Below, piece after piece: positions 31,035 to 44,182 of a DNA stretch of 64,000 nucleotides. The position numbers were made by a program, and so were the translations under genes. The stretch comes from the human T2T-CHM13v2.0 reference genome, Homo sapiens. The notes beneath the pieces are model-generated. The model did not search any database. It saw only the letters and a program-made list of their open reading frames with translations, and was not told where the DNA came from. The DNA lies in NCBI RefSeq assembly GCF_009914755.1, contig NC_060927.1. One strand, given 5' to 3'. Numbering within the stretch: the stretch's first letter is position 1; every line of letters begins with the position of its first letter.

Positions 31035-32068
31035 CTTTGTGGTTTTATCTACTTTTGGTCTTTGATGATGGTGATGTACAGATGGGTTTTTGGTGTGGAT
31101 GTCTTTTCTGTTTGTTAGTTTTCCTTCTAACAGACAGGACCCTCAGCTGCAGGTCTGTTGGAGTTTGCTAGAGGTCCACTCCAGACCCTGTTTGCCTGGG
31201 TATCAGCAGCGGTGTTTGCAAGACAGCAGTTTTTCGTGAACCGCGAATGCTGCTGTCTGATCGTTCCTCTGGAAGTTTTGTCTCAGAGGAGTACCGGGCT
31301 GTGTGAAGTGTTAGTCTGCCCCTACTGGGGGGTGCCTCCCAGTTAGGCTGCTCAGGGGTCAGGGGTCAGGGACCCACTTGAGGAGGCAGTCTGCCCGTTC
31401 TCAGATCTCCAGCTGCGTGCTGGGAGAACCACTGCTCTCTTCAAAGCTGTCAGACAGGGACATTTAAGTCTGCAGAGGTTACTGCTGTCTTTTTGTTTGT
31501 CTGTGCCCTGCCCCCAGAGGTGGAGCCTACAGAGGCAGGCAGGCCTCCTTGAGCTGTGGTGGGCTCCACCCAGTTCGAGCTTCCTGGCTGCTTTGTTTAC
31601 CTAAGCAAGCCTGGGCAATGGCGGGTGCCCCTCCCCCAGCCTCACTGCTGCTTTGCAGTTTGATCTCAGACTGCTGTGCTAGCAATCAGCGAGACTCCGT
31701 GGGCGTAGGACCCTCTGAGCCAGGTGTGGGATATAATCTCCTGGTGCACCGATTTTTAAGTCCATTGGGAAAGCGCAGTATTCGGGTGGGAGTGACCCAA
31801 TTTTCCAGGTGCCGTCTGTCACCCCTTTCTTTGACTAGGAAAGGGAACTCCCTGACCCCTTGCACTTTCCGAGTGCGGCAATGCCTTGCCTTGCTTCGGC
31901 TCGTGCATGGTGCACTGCACCCACTGACCTGCACCCACTGTCTGGCACTCCCTAGTGAGATGAAGCCAGTACCTCAGATGGAAATGCAGAAATTACCTGT
32001 CTTCTGCATCGCTCACGCTGGGAGCTGTAGACCAGACCTGTTCCTATTCGACCATCTTGGCTCCTCCC
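31035..32068 (-). promoter_or_regulatory. L1 5'UTR with sense and antisense promoters
   Basis: Complete 5'UTR, partly retained CpGs, YY1 site variant at 32051. Confidence 0.8.
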
Positions 32069-32121
32069 CCCATGGAGGGTTTTGTATATCAGATAGAGAA
32101 GTGGCACAGAGATACTATTGA
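31618..32121 (+). CDS. L1 ORF0 homologue, extended to 167 codons (expression unknown)
   Basis: Starts MAGAPPPASL..CSLISDCCASNQRDSVGVGPSEPG as in primate ORF0; open to 32121 per the ORF track. Confidence 0.45.
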   Translation: MAGAPPPASLLLCSLISDCCASNQRDSVGVGPSEPGVGYNLLVHRFLSPLGKRSIRVGVTQFSRCRLSPLSLTRKGNSLTPCTFRVRQCLALLRLVHGALHPLTCTHCLALPSEMKPVPQMEMQKLPVFCIAHAGSCRPDLFLFDHLGSSPHGGFCISDREVAQRYY

Positions 32122-32177
32122 GCATTCTTTTTGTAGTTTTGTTTTTTGGGTTTTTTTTTTTTGCATATAGTAACATG

Positions 32178-32872
32178 TTTTTTAAAAATTTTTATTTTAA
32201 ATGACAAAATTGCATATATTCATGATGTGAAAGATGATGTTTTAAAATGTGTGCACACTGCGAAATGGGTAAATGAAGCTAATTAACATATGCATCACCT
32301 CATATACTTACAATTTGTTGTTCTGAGTAAACACAAAATCTACTCCCTTAGCAATTTTCAAGAATACTATAGATTGTTTTTAACTATAGTCACGTCGTTG
32401 TACAATAGACCTCTTAAACTTAATTCTCTTGTCTAACTGAAATTTTGTGCCTTTTCACCATCTCCCCAACTACTCCGTTGATCCACTCTGCTGCCACAGT
32501 CCTAGGTAATCACCATTCTATTCTCTGCTTCTATGAGTTTACCTTTTAAAGATTTCCCATAAAAGTGAGATCATTCAATATTTATCTTTCTGTGCCTACC
32601 TTATTTCACTTAACATAATATCCTCCAGGTCTGTCCATGTTGTTGCAAGTGGAAGAATTTTCTCCTTTTTTAAAGGCAGGATAGTATTCTGCTATGTATA
32701 TATACCACAATTTCTTTATCCATTCATCCATTGATGGACACTTAGGTTGATTGTATATCTTGGCCTTTATAAATAATGCTGCAATGAACATAGGAGTACA
32801 GCAGTCTCTTCAGCATGTTGATTTCATTTACTTTGGGTATATACCCAGTAGTGGGATTGCTGAATCATATGG
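32178..32872 (-). mobile_element. L1MA (MA8-like) 3' fragment
   Basis: aagctaattaacatatgcatcacctcatatactta 3'UTR; ORF2 tail [20 protein letters not shown]. Confidence 0.8.
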
Positions 32873-33259
32873 CCCACTGAGCATAATGACAGAATAATAA
32901 TAGGAGTGACTTCTTGAAAGATTAACACATCACAATTAATATCAGAGGGCAGACAGGCAAGGGGGACTATTCTGGCCTCATTGAGAGAATTAGTTAAGGA
33001 CTTCTGTTGCCACATTCACTTGAGCAGATGGTGCATTGTGATGTAAGTTACATCCAGTAAGGCTGTGCAGGTACAACATGAAAGTTGTTTTGCTTGTGGA
33101 CAGAGACAATTGGGTGAATAAAGAATCATCTTATCTGCCATGGAAATCATAGCTTGATTTTTATAAAATACCCCCCAAAATCAATAAAACTATATATGTA
33201 CATTAGTATTTAAACTATATATCCACTAACATGAACATCTTAAAAGTATGTTGTTGTAT

Positions 33260-33746
33260 TATGTCCACACAAACACTTGTACAAGAATGCCTATAGTAGC
33301 ATTATTCACAATAGCTCAAGACTAGAAAATACCCAAAAGTCATCATGAGGTGGATGGACAACAAGCTGGAATGCATCCATAAAGTGGAATAATACTTTGC
33401 AACAAAAAGGTATGAAATGCTGATAGATACCACAACCTGGATATATTTCACAGACGTTCTACTGAGCAACAGAAGCCATACAAAAAGAGTACATGCTGTA
33501 TGATCTCATTTATCTAAAAGTAAAATGCATACTAATCCATAGAGACAGAAAGCAGATCAGAAGCTGCCTGGATGCCAAGGATAGAAGGAGGGACTGCACA
33601 GGGGAGAGAGGAAACTTTTAGGAGTGACAAAAATTTATTTATCTTAATTGTGGTGGCTTCAAAAGTGTACACAGCTGAAGAAAGCTCACTAAATTGTACA
33701 TCTTAAATCTGTGCAGCTTACTGTACATAAATCATACCACAATAAA
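33260..33746 (+). mobile_element. old L1M (MD/ME) 3' fragment
   Basis: gcattattcacaatagc...acagaaagcagatcag...cacaataaa. Confidence 0.7.
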
Positions 33747-34726
33747 TTCAATTAATGAGAGAAACTAAAATTCCAAAAATTCTCTTTCAAAAATTATATT
33801 GTTATAGTTTACTTATTAATTAATGGTAACATTATAGTTTTTAGTCCTTCAATGTATTCTTAAAAGGTTTCTATGTTCTAATTATTGCCTATTAACAACT
33901 TTTGCATGAAAATGTAATCAACTTCATTAGAGAATGGGAGAAAATAGAGATTAGTATGAACCTGGAAATCAAAAGCAATTGAATTATAAAAATTAAAAAA
34001 TTATTTTCAGATTCACATTACCTGATTTCGTGTTTTAAAATGCAAATACAGTCAGAAACCATGAACCAGAAAGTTATTGTGATTATCTGATCTTTTCCTG
34101 ATATCATAGAAAATTCAAATTGAATCAATAAACTAGATCATTTCCCCAGCTAGCTTTTTGCCTATTAGATTTTGCTGAGTCAGCATAAAAATCCATCATG
34201 GTTTAGCTCCAGCAAATGAAATGACAACTTGCGACACACTTGTCACAGGAACCAGAGAAACTGAAGAATGACAGGCAAACCTTAAAGAGCCTCCTCCATA
34301 GAGGGTGGCAGTGGCTTTCCTTCTTTATGATATTTTCCTTTTTGCCACTGGAGGATGAGCCAACAGTCATAAGCTCAACAGGAAGAGGCTCTTATACCTT
34401 TGATAATAAAGAGATTAATCACCATTCTGCTAGTGACTTTCTTTGGTTTGGGCATATAAGTTATTAATTTGTAAAGTGTGAGTTTCTCATTTCTTACTGA
34501 AATGTTGGCTACACAGATCGGGACACAGCAGAGCAGAGGAGAAAGAAGATGGTGGCTGAGAAACAGGGCTGCCATTTCACCATCATGAATATGTCAGACT
34601 CTTGTTTGGAGAAAAAAGCAGCTTGGAAAATGTGCTTTTATACATTCAGCTGGTACCATCCAGCACTGGAGCACCTTATACCTCTTAAATGTACTATTTG
34701 TAGCATCCATTATAATGCATTTAAAG

Positions 34727-34905
34727 CAGTGGTTCTCAACCTTGGCTGCATTTGTAAATCACCTCGGGAGCTTTTTAAAAATATCAAGGCCAGGCCCTAC
34801 CCTCAGAGATTCTGCCTTAATTGGTCTGGGATAAGGTTCAGGCAAAAGTATTTTTAAAATATACTCCAGGTGTTTTAAATATGCAGCCAGGATGGAGAAC
34901 TACTG
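34727..34905. mobile_element. MER5A hAT-Charlie MITE
   Basis: TIRs cagtggttctc/gagaactactg; 8-bp TSD atttaaag/atttagag. Confidence 0.85.
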
Positions 34906-35122
34906 ATTTAGAGGCAGGATGGCTGCTTTTTATGTGTTTTAAATAAATGCAATATATAGAATTTTTTATAGTTCACATTAATTCAAAAAGACTTTGAAAT
35001 GGGTTCCAAAAATTTATTCAATCCAAAGAATTTTTTAAACTTGAAAATTCTAATTAAATAAATGAAAATTAAAACAAGAGTGAGATGTCATTTTTCCCCA
35101 TTGGTAACAATTTTAAAAATTG

Positions 35123-35568
<446 letters not shown>

Positions 35569-36534
35569 TCACCAAAATATAGGTTAAGGAATTAAGGTTT
35601 GGATCTGTGTCCCTGCCCAAATCTCCTGTCAAATTGTAATCCTCAGTGTTGGAGGTGGGACCTGGTGGGAAGTGATTGGATCATGGGAGTGGTTTATCAT
35701 GAATGGTTTAGCCCCATCTCCCTTGGTGGTGTTGCAATAGCAAGTTCCTCTGACGTCTGTTTGTTTAAATGTATGTGGCACCTTACCCCTCTCTTGCTCC
35801 TACTCTGGCCATGTAAGATGCACCTGCTTTTCCTTTGCTTTCTTCCATGATTATAAGTTTCCTGAGGCCTCCCCAGAAGCAGAAGTTGCTCTGCTTCCTG
35901 TACACCTGTGGAGCCATGAGCCAATTAAACCTCTTTTCTTTATAAATTATCCAGTCTCAGGGGTTTCTTTTTAGCAGTGCAAGAATGAACTAATATAGAA
36001 AATTGGTACCAAGGAATGGGGCATTGCAATAAAGATACCTGAAAATGTGGAAGAAGCTTTGGAATTGGGTAATGGACAGAAATTGGAAGAGAGTGGAGGG
36101 CTCAGAAGAAGACAGGAATATAAAGGAAAATTTAGAACTTAGAGACTTGTTAAATGATTGTGACTGAAATAATGATAGTAATATGAACAATGAAGGTCAG
36201 GTTGAGGAGGTCTCAGATGGAAATGAGGAACTTATCGGGAGCTGAAGCAAAGGTCACATTTGTTATGCATTAGCGAAGTACTTGGAGGCATGGTGCCCCT
36301 GTACTAAGGATCTGTGGAACTTTGAATGTGAGAGTGATGATTTAGGGTATCTGGTGGAAGAAATTTCTAAGCAGCAAAGCCTTTAAAGTGACCTGGCTGC
36401 TTCTAACAATCTATTCTCATATGTGTGAGTAAAAAAATGATCTAAAACTAAAACTTACATTTAAAGGGGAAGCAGAGTGAAAGTTTGGAAAATTTGCAGC
36501 CTGGCCATGCATTAGAAAAGATAAACCTATTTTT

Positions 36535-36830
36535 GGCCGGGAGCAGTGGCTCATGACTGTAATTCCAGCACTTTGGGAGGCCAAAGTGGGCGGATCATGA
36601 GGTCAGGAGCTCGAGACCATCCTGGCTAACACGGTGAAACCCCATCTCTACTAAAAATACAAAAAATTAGCTGGGCTTGGTGGTAGGCAACGGTAGTCCC
36701 AGCTACTCAGGAGGCTGAGGCAGGAGAATGGTGTGAACCCGGGAGGCAGAGCTTGCATTGAGCGGAGACCACACCACTGCACTCCAGCCTGGACCACAGA
36801 GTGAGACTCCGTCTCAAAAAAAAAAAAAAA
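36535..36830 (+). mobile_element. AluY inside MST-int
   Basis: AluY diagnostics; ~20-bp TSD agaaaagataaa(c/t)ctatttt. Confidence 0.95.
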
Positions 36831-37016
36831 GAAAAGATAAATCTATTTTCTGGGGAGGAAGTCAAGCTGAGTGCAGAAAGCTTCATAAGTAAAGAGGACC
36901 CCAATGTTATTAGCCAAGACAATAGGGAAAAGGCCTCAAAGGCATTTCACAGACTTTTGTGGCAGCCCCTCCCATCACAGGCCCAGAGACCTAGGAGGGA
37001 AGAATGGTTTCCTGTG

Positions 37017-39330
37017 TGTATTAGTTCATTTTCACACTGCTGATAAAGACATACCTGAAACTGGGAATAAAAAGAGGTTTAATTGAAATTACATTTCCAC
37101 ATGGCTGGGGAGGCCTCAGAATCATGGCAGGAGGCAAAAGGCACTTCTTACATGGTGGTGGCAAGAAAAAAATGAGGAGGAAGCAAAAGCAGAAACCTCT
37201 GATGAACTCATCAGATCTCATGAGACTTATTCACTATCACAAGAATAGCACAGGAAAGACCAACCCCCATGATTTAATTACCTCCCCCTGGGTCCCTCCA
37301 ACAAATGGGAATTCTGGGAGATACAATTCAAGTTGAGATTTGGGTAGGGACATAGCCAAACCATATCATTCCACCCCCGGTCCCTCCAAATCTCATGTTC
37401 TCACATTTCAAAACCAATCATGCCTTCCCAACAGTGCCCCAAAGTCTTAACTCAATTAAGCATTAATCCAATTAATTCAGCATTAATCCAAAAGTCCACA
37501 GTCCAAAGTCTCATCTGAGATAAGGCAAGTCCCTTCCACCTGTGAGCCTGTAAAATCAAAAGCAAGCTAGTTACTTCCTAGATACAATGGGGTACAGGTA
37601 TTGGGTAAATACAGCCATTCCTTATGGGAGAAATTGGCCAAAACAAAGGGGTTACAGGGCCTATCCAAGTCCAAAATCCAGCAGGGTAGTCACATTTTAA
37701 AGCTCCAAAATGATCTCCTTTGACTCCAGGTCTCACATCCAGGTCACACTGATGCAAGAGGTGGGTACCCATGGTCTTGGACAGCTCCGCCCCTGTGTCT
37801 TTGCAGGGTACAGCCTCCCTCTTGGCTGCTTTCATGGGCTGGTGTTGTGTCTGCAGCTTTTCCAGGTACACGGTGCAAGCTGTCAGTGGATCTACCATTC
37901 TGGGGTCTGGAAAATGGTGGCCCTCTTCTCACAGCTCCACTAGGAAGTGCCCCAGTAGGGACTCTGTGAGGGTGCTCCGATCCCACATTTTCCTTCAGCA
38001 CTGCCCTAGCAGAGGTTCTCCATGAGGGCCCTGCCTCTGCCACAAACTTTTGCCTGGGCATTCAGGCTTTTCCATACATCTTCTGAAATCTAGGCAGAGG
38101 TTTCCAAACCTCAATTTTTGAATTCTGTGCATAAGCAGGCACAGCAGCACATGGAAGCTGCCAAGGCTTGGGGCTCCCACCCTCTGAAGCCACAGCTTGA
38201 GCTCTGTGTTGGCCCCTTTCATCCACAGCTAGAGTGGCTGGGACACAGGGCACCAAGTCCCTAGGCTGCACATAGCAGGGGCACCCTGGGCCTGGCCCAT
38301 GAAACCACTTTTTCCTCCTGGGCCTCCAGGCCTGTGATGGGAGGGGCTGCCATGAAGGTCTCTGACATGGTCTGGAGACATTTTCCTCATGGTCTTGGGG
38401 ATTAACATTAGGCTTCTTGCTACTTACGCACATTCTGGCAGCCAGTTTGAATTTCTTCTGAAAAAAATGGTTTTTTTCCCACTGCATCACCAGGCTGCAA
38501 ATTTTCTGAACTTTAATGCTCTGTTTCCCTTTTAAAACATAATGCTTTTAACAGCACCCAAGTTGCCTTTTGAATGCTTTGCTGCTTAGAAATTTCTTCC
38601 CCCAGATACCCTAAATCATCTCTCTCAAGTTCAAAGTTCTACAAATCTCTAGGGCAGGAACAAAATGCCGCTAGTCTCTTTGCTAAAACATAATAAGAGT
38701 CACCTTTGCTCCAGTTCCCAACAGGTCCCTCATCTCCATCTGAGACCACCTCAGCCTGAACCTTATTGTTCATATCACTATCAGCATTTTTGCCAAAGCC
38801 ATTCAACAAGTCTCTAGGACGTTCCAAACTTTCCCACATTTTTCTGTCTTCTTCTGAGTCCCCCAAATTGTTCCAACCTCTGCCTGTTACCCAGTTCCAA
38901 AGTCACTTCCACATTTTTGGGCCCATTTTTGGGTATATTTTCAGCAGTGCCCGACTCTACTGGTACCAATTTTACGGTATTAGTTCATTTTCATGCTGCT
39001 GATAAAGGCAAACCCGAAACTGGGAATAAAAAGAGGTTTAATTGGACTTACAGTTCCGTATGGCTGGGGAGGCTTCAGAATCATGGCAGCAGGCAAAAGG
39101 CACTTCTTACATGGTGGTGGCAAGAAAAAAAATGAGGAGGAAGCAAAAGTGGAAACCCTTGATAAACCCATCAGATCTCATGAGACTTACTATCACAAAA
39201 ATAGCATGGGAAAGACCAGCCCCCATGATTCCATTTCATCCTCCTGGGTCCCTCCCACAACAAGTAGGGATTCTGGGAGATACAATTCAAGTTAAGATTT
39301 GGGTGGTGGGGACACAGCCAAACCATATCA
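37017..39330 (-). mobile_element. full THE1A MaLR element (LTRs 37017-37368 and 38976-39330) inverted inside MST-int
   Basis: Two LTRs (t/g)gtattagttcattttca...ccaaaccatatca with THE1A features; ~1.6-kb internal part; MST-int resumes at ggccaggcccagg. Confidence 0.9.
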
Positions 39331-39965
39331 CTTGGCCAGGCCCAGGACCCTGCTGATCTGTGCAGCCACAGAACACTTCACCCTGCATCCCAGCTGCTCC
39401 AGCTCCAGCCATGGTTCAAAGGGGCCCAGGTACACCCAATATCCCAGCTGCTCCAGCTCTAGCTGCTTCAAAAGGTGCAAGCATAAACCTTGGTGGCTTA
39501 CAGTGTTAAACCTGTGGGCACTCAGAGTGCAATACTTGAGGCTTGGGAGCCTCCACCTGAATGTCAGAGGTTGTATAGAAAAGTCTAGATATATAGGCAG
39601 GAGCCTGTTGCAAGGGTGGAGCCCTCATGGGGAACCTCTACTAGGGAAGTGCAGAGGGGAAATGAGGGGTTGCAGCCACCACACAAAGTCCCCACTGGGG
39701 CACTGCCTAGTGGAGCTGTGAGAAGAGGGCCACTGTCCTCTAGACCCCAGAATGGTAGATCCATTGACAGCTTGCATCCTACACCTGGAAAAGCCACAAG
39801 TACTCATCATCAACCCATGAGAGCAGCCACAGGGTTTGCACCCTGCAAAGAGAGAGGGGTGGAGCTGCCCAAGTCCTTGGGAGCCCACCTTTTGCATCAG
39901 TGTGCCTTGGATGTAAGACATGGAGTCAAAGGAGACTATTTTGGAGCTTTAAAATCTAACGACTG

Positions 39966-40246
<281 letters not shown>

Positions 40247-40482
40247 TTAATGACTGCCCTGCTGAGTTTCAGACTTGCATGCAGTCTGTAGCCCCCTTTT
40301 TTGGCCAATTTCTCCTTTTTGGAATGGGAGTATTTACCCAATGCCTATACCCCCATTGTATCTTGGATGTAACTAACTTGCTTTTATTTTACAGGCTCAT
40401 AGGCAAAAGGTACTAGCCTTGTCTCGGATGAGACTTTAGACTTAAAGCTTTTGAGTTAATGCTGGAACTCAAATTGAGTTAA

Positions 40483-40703
40483 CCAAATCTCAACTTGAAT
40501 TATATCTCCCAGAATTCCCACTTGTCATATGAGGGACACAGGGGGAGGTAAATGAATCATGGGGGTTAGTTTTTCCTGTGCTATTCTCGTGATAGTGAAT
40601 AAGTCTCATGAGATCTGATGGGTTTATCAAGGGTTTCTGCTTTTGCTTCCTCCTCATTTTTTTTTCTTGCCAACATCATGTAAGAAGTGCCTTTCGTCTC
40701 CTG
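40483..40703 (+). mobile_element. doubly truncated THE1A LTR fragment inside MST-int
   Basis: Reverse complement of the central ~220 bp of the neighbouring THE1A LTRs; lacks TG/CA ends and a TSD. Confidence 0.85.
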
Positions 40704-41454
40704 ACTTTAAGGGACTGTTGGGAATGCATGATTGTATTTTGAAATGTGAGAAGAACATGAGATTTGGGAGGGGCCAGGTGTGGAATAATATGGTTTCAAT
40801 CTGTGTCCCTGCCCAAATGTCATGTTGAATTGTAATCCCCCATGTTGGAAGGTGGAGCCTGGTGAGAGGTGATTGCATCATGGGAGTGGTTTATCATGAA
40901 TGGTTTAGCCCCATCCCCCTTGGTGGTGATGTTGCAATAGTGAGTTCTTGTGAGATCTGGTTGTTTAAAGGTGTGTGGCACCTCCCCACCACCCTTGCCT
41001 CTGCTCTGGCTACATAAGATATATCGGCTTTCCCTTCACCTTCCATCATGATTGGAAGCTTCCTAAGGCCTCACTGGAAGCAGAAGCCACTATGCTTCCT
41101 GTACAGCCTGCGGAACTGTGAGCCGATTAAGCCTCTTTCTTATATATTATCCAGTCTCAAGCATTTCTTTATGCCAGCGTGAAAACAGATTAATACAAGG
41201 AATATTCATTGAAAATTTTTTATAATAGTGAAAAAATGGAGAAAATGAAAGGATTCACTGTTCAGGAGACCAGTTAAGTAAATTGTGTTGCATTAATAAG
41301 GTAGAATACTATGGAGACCTTTTTAAAATAAGTGCCTTCTATATATTCTGACAGAAAAAATCTCTAAGATATATTATTAGTTGAAAAGAAAAAGAAACAA
41401 GGTACAGAAAATTATGTAGAATATGATCTCTTTATGTAAATTTAAATAAATATA

Positions 41455-42609
41455 CAGTTGACCCTTGAAGAACACAGCTTTGGACTGTGCAGGTCCATTT
41501 ATGCATGGATTATCTTCTGCTTCTGCCACCCCTAAGACAGCAAGACCAACCTCTCCTCTTCTTCCTGCTCTTCAGCCTATTCAATATAAAGATGATAAAG
41601 ATGAATACCTTTATGATGATCCACTTCCACTTAATGAACAGTAAGCATATTTCCTCTTCCTTATGACTTTCTAAATAATGTTTTCTTTTTATTATTTTTA
41701 AAAATATTATTTGTTAAATTTTTGAGTGTACATAGTAGTTGTATATATTTATGGAGGACATGAAACATTTTGATACAGGCATGCAATGTAAAATAATCGC
41801 ACCATGGAGAATGGAATATCCATCCCCTCAACTATTTATCCTTTGAATTACAAACAATCCAATTACATTCTTTAAGTTATTTTTACACTATACTATTAAG
41901 TTATTATTGACTATAGTCACCCTATTGTGATATCAAATAGTAGGTGTTATTCATGCATTTTTTTGTGCCCAATAACTCTCCTCTACCTCCCCACAACCCC
42001 CGCTCTACAATTCTCAGCCTCTCGTAACCATCCTTCTACCCTCTATGTTCATGAGTTTCATCGTTTTTTATTTTTAGATCCTACAAATAAGTGAGAACAT
42101 GTGATGTTTGTCTTTCTGTGCCTGGCTTATTTCACTTAACATAATGATCTCCAGTTCCACCCATGTTATCGTGAGTGACTGGATCTCATTCTTCTTTTAT
42201 GGCTGAATAGTACTTTATTATGTACATGTATCACATTTTCTTTATCCGTTCATCTGTTGATGGACACTTAGGTTGCTTCTGAATCTTAGCTATTGTAAAC
42301 AGTGCTGCAACAAAGAGAGTTGTGCAGATATCTCTTCAATGTACTTGATTTCCTTTCTTTTGGGTACATACTCAGTAGTGGGATTAATAATATTTTCTTA
42401 TCTCTCGCTGACTTTATTGTAAGAATATAGTATATAATACATCTAACATACAAAATATGTGTTAGGAGACTGTTTATTATTATTGGGAAGGCTTCCAGTC
42501 AACAATAGGATATTAGTAGTTATAATTTGAAGGAGTCAAAATTTATACATAAGTTTTCTAATGCACAGGGGTCAGCACCCCAACCCCTGCATTGTTCAAG
42601 GGTCAACTG
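41455..42609. mobile_element. Tigger2a DNA transposon interrupted by L1MA
   Basis: TIRs cagttgacccttgaa/ttcaagggtcaactg flanked by TA on both sides. Confidence 0.9.
41688..42385 (-). mobile_element. L1MA1/2-like 3' fragment
   Basis: atccatcccctcaa...ttacaaacaatccaattaca 3'UTR; 14-bp TSD aataat(g/a)ttttctt. Confidence 0.85.
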
Positions 42610-44182
42610 TATTCTCAATGTTAGCAAGTCTACTTCTGCAGTTAGCAGAGATAGCCTCAGTAATTATTCAACAAGATTTTACACTATATTTGCAAATCAT
42701 CAAATGTCAAACAATTGTGGTTTTCAGACTACTATATGCTTTGGAGGTCTTTTACCCTATTATAAAAATTATACTGAGATAGCAAATGTAATGATTTAGA
42801 ACATCATTATGATCTCTAACTATGGGGTTAGGAAGTTCTTTACCCTTTAAATTGTAATTTAATTTTAAGTAAATGTTCACGGAATTATGTTTTTTTCCTG
42901 GAAGGAAATGTGGTTGTCTTTGGGAAAATGGATGTTAGAAGAGTTGAGAAACTCTTATTTTTCTTTTGTACCTTTCTGTAGAGTTTTAATTATACATATC
43001 CTGGAGTTATCTGGGTAGTAAGATAATGTTCCATTTTTTCTTTATAATATAAACTTTTTAAAGTGAGGGAACTGGGAATAAAGATTTTTAAAAAGTCAAA
43101 AAATAAGATGAAAGTGTAGTAAATTTGAAATACAAAAGGAATGTCTGAAAGTCTATGAAACTGCTGAAGATGGGCCACAAATTTGGCTCTGATTTCTCTA
43201 GCAGCCAATAACATAAGGAAACACCATCACATATGTAATTCATTATATCTGTAAGATAAAAATGCATTTGTAGGGAAAGCCAAACAATTCATGAAACCTG
43301 AGTGTAATTTCTTTGGTAGATCCTCAAATGAGACCACTACATCTGATACAGGGAAAAATACCCAGAGTTACCCATAAAAATGTCAAGAATTTTGATTTAT
43401 TTTATGATCTATTTTACAGATAAAAATAACCAGAGAAGAATAATCAGATAAGAAAACAACATCAGAAGGCTCAATTTCTGGCCCTTTCTGCTGAGATAAT
43501 AGTGTTCTTAGCTACAGCAAATGATCCCTTTTCAGCTAACGTTGCTGCTGATCACAGACATCATAAACTGGATTGGCAATGCTAAGCTGTGGTGCCAGAC
43601 TTCCTCCTCTTGCTGTTATCTTAAGCTAGACACCCTCACTTCCCAGAAAATGGATCTCTCTTGTTCTCATAAAAATCAGTCTCCTGTACTGTATTTGACT
43701 AGTGAGGTCATGGGCAAGTGACTGCTGTAGCTGCAAAAAATATTGGGAAAAGGGAACAGGTCTCATAACATGGTATGTTTGTCCCAGCATGTGGACAAAA
43801 TATTCTCAAGATACACATTAGCCAGGAAAAGGTCAAACACCCACCCACCAAGATTCCAAAGCAGAGCCAGGATGAGGGTCCAGACCCAGGTTCTAATCCA
43901 TCCAACACCATCCAACACTCAGGATCTACGTTCATGCTTCACATTTTACCTCTTGCTTTGCTGGCAGGAAGTTAGACTTACACTTTGCCTTAACTCTAAT
44001 ATTCTGTCATTTCTAACACAGATCATACAATTAATAGGGATTTTGAAGACACTTTCTTCCTGCAGTCTTAGATGCTGACAGGCCTTTAAACAAAGAAACA
44101 CTGAAGTTAAAATCCAACGCATAATAAAATCTGGAAACAGCCCAAATACCTTTCAACCGGGAAACAGGCAAAAGCTATGGTA

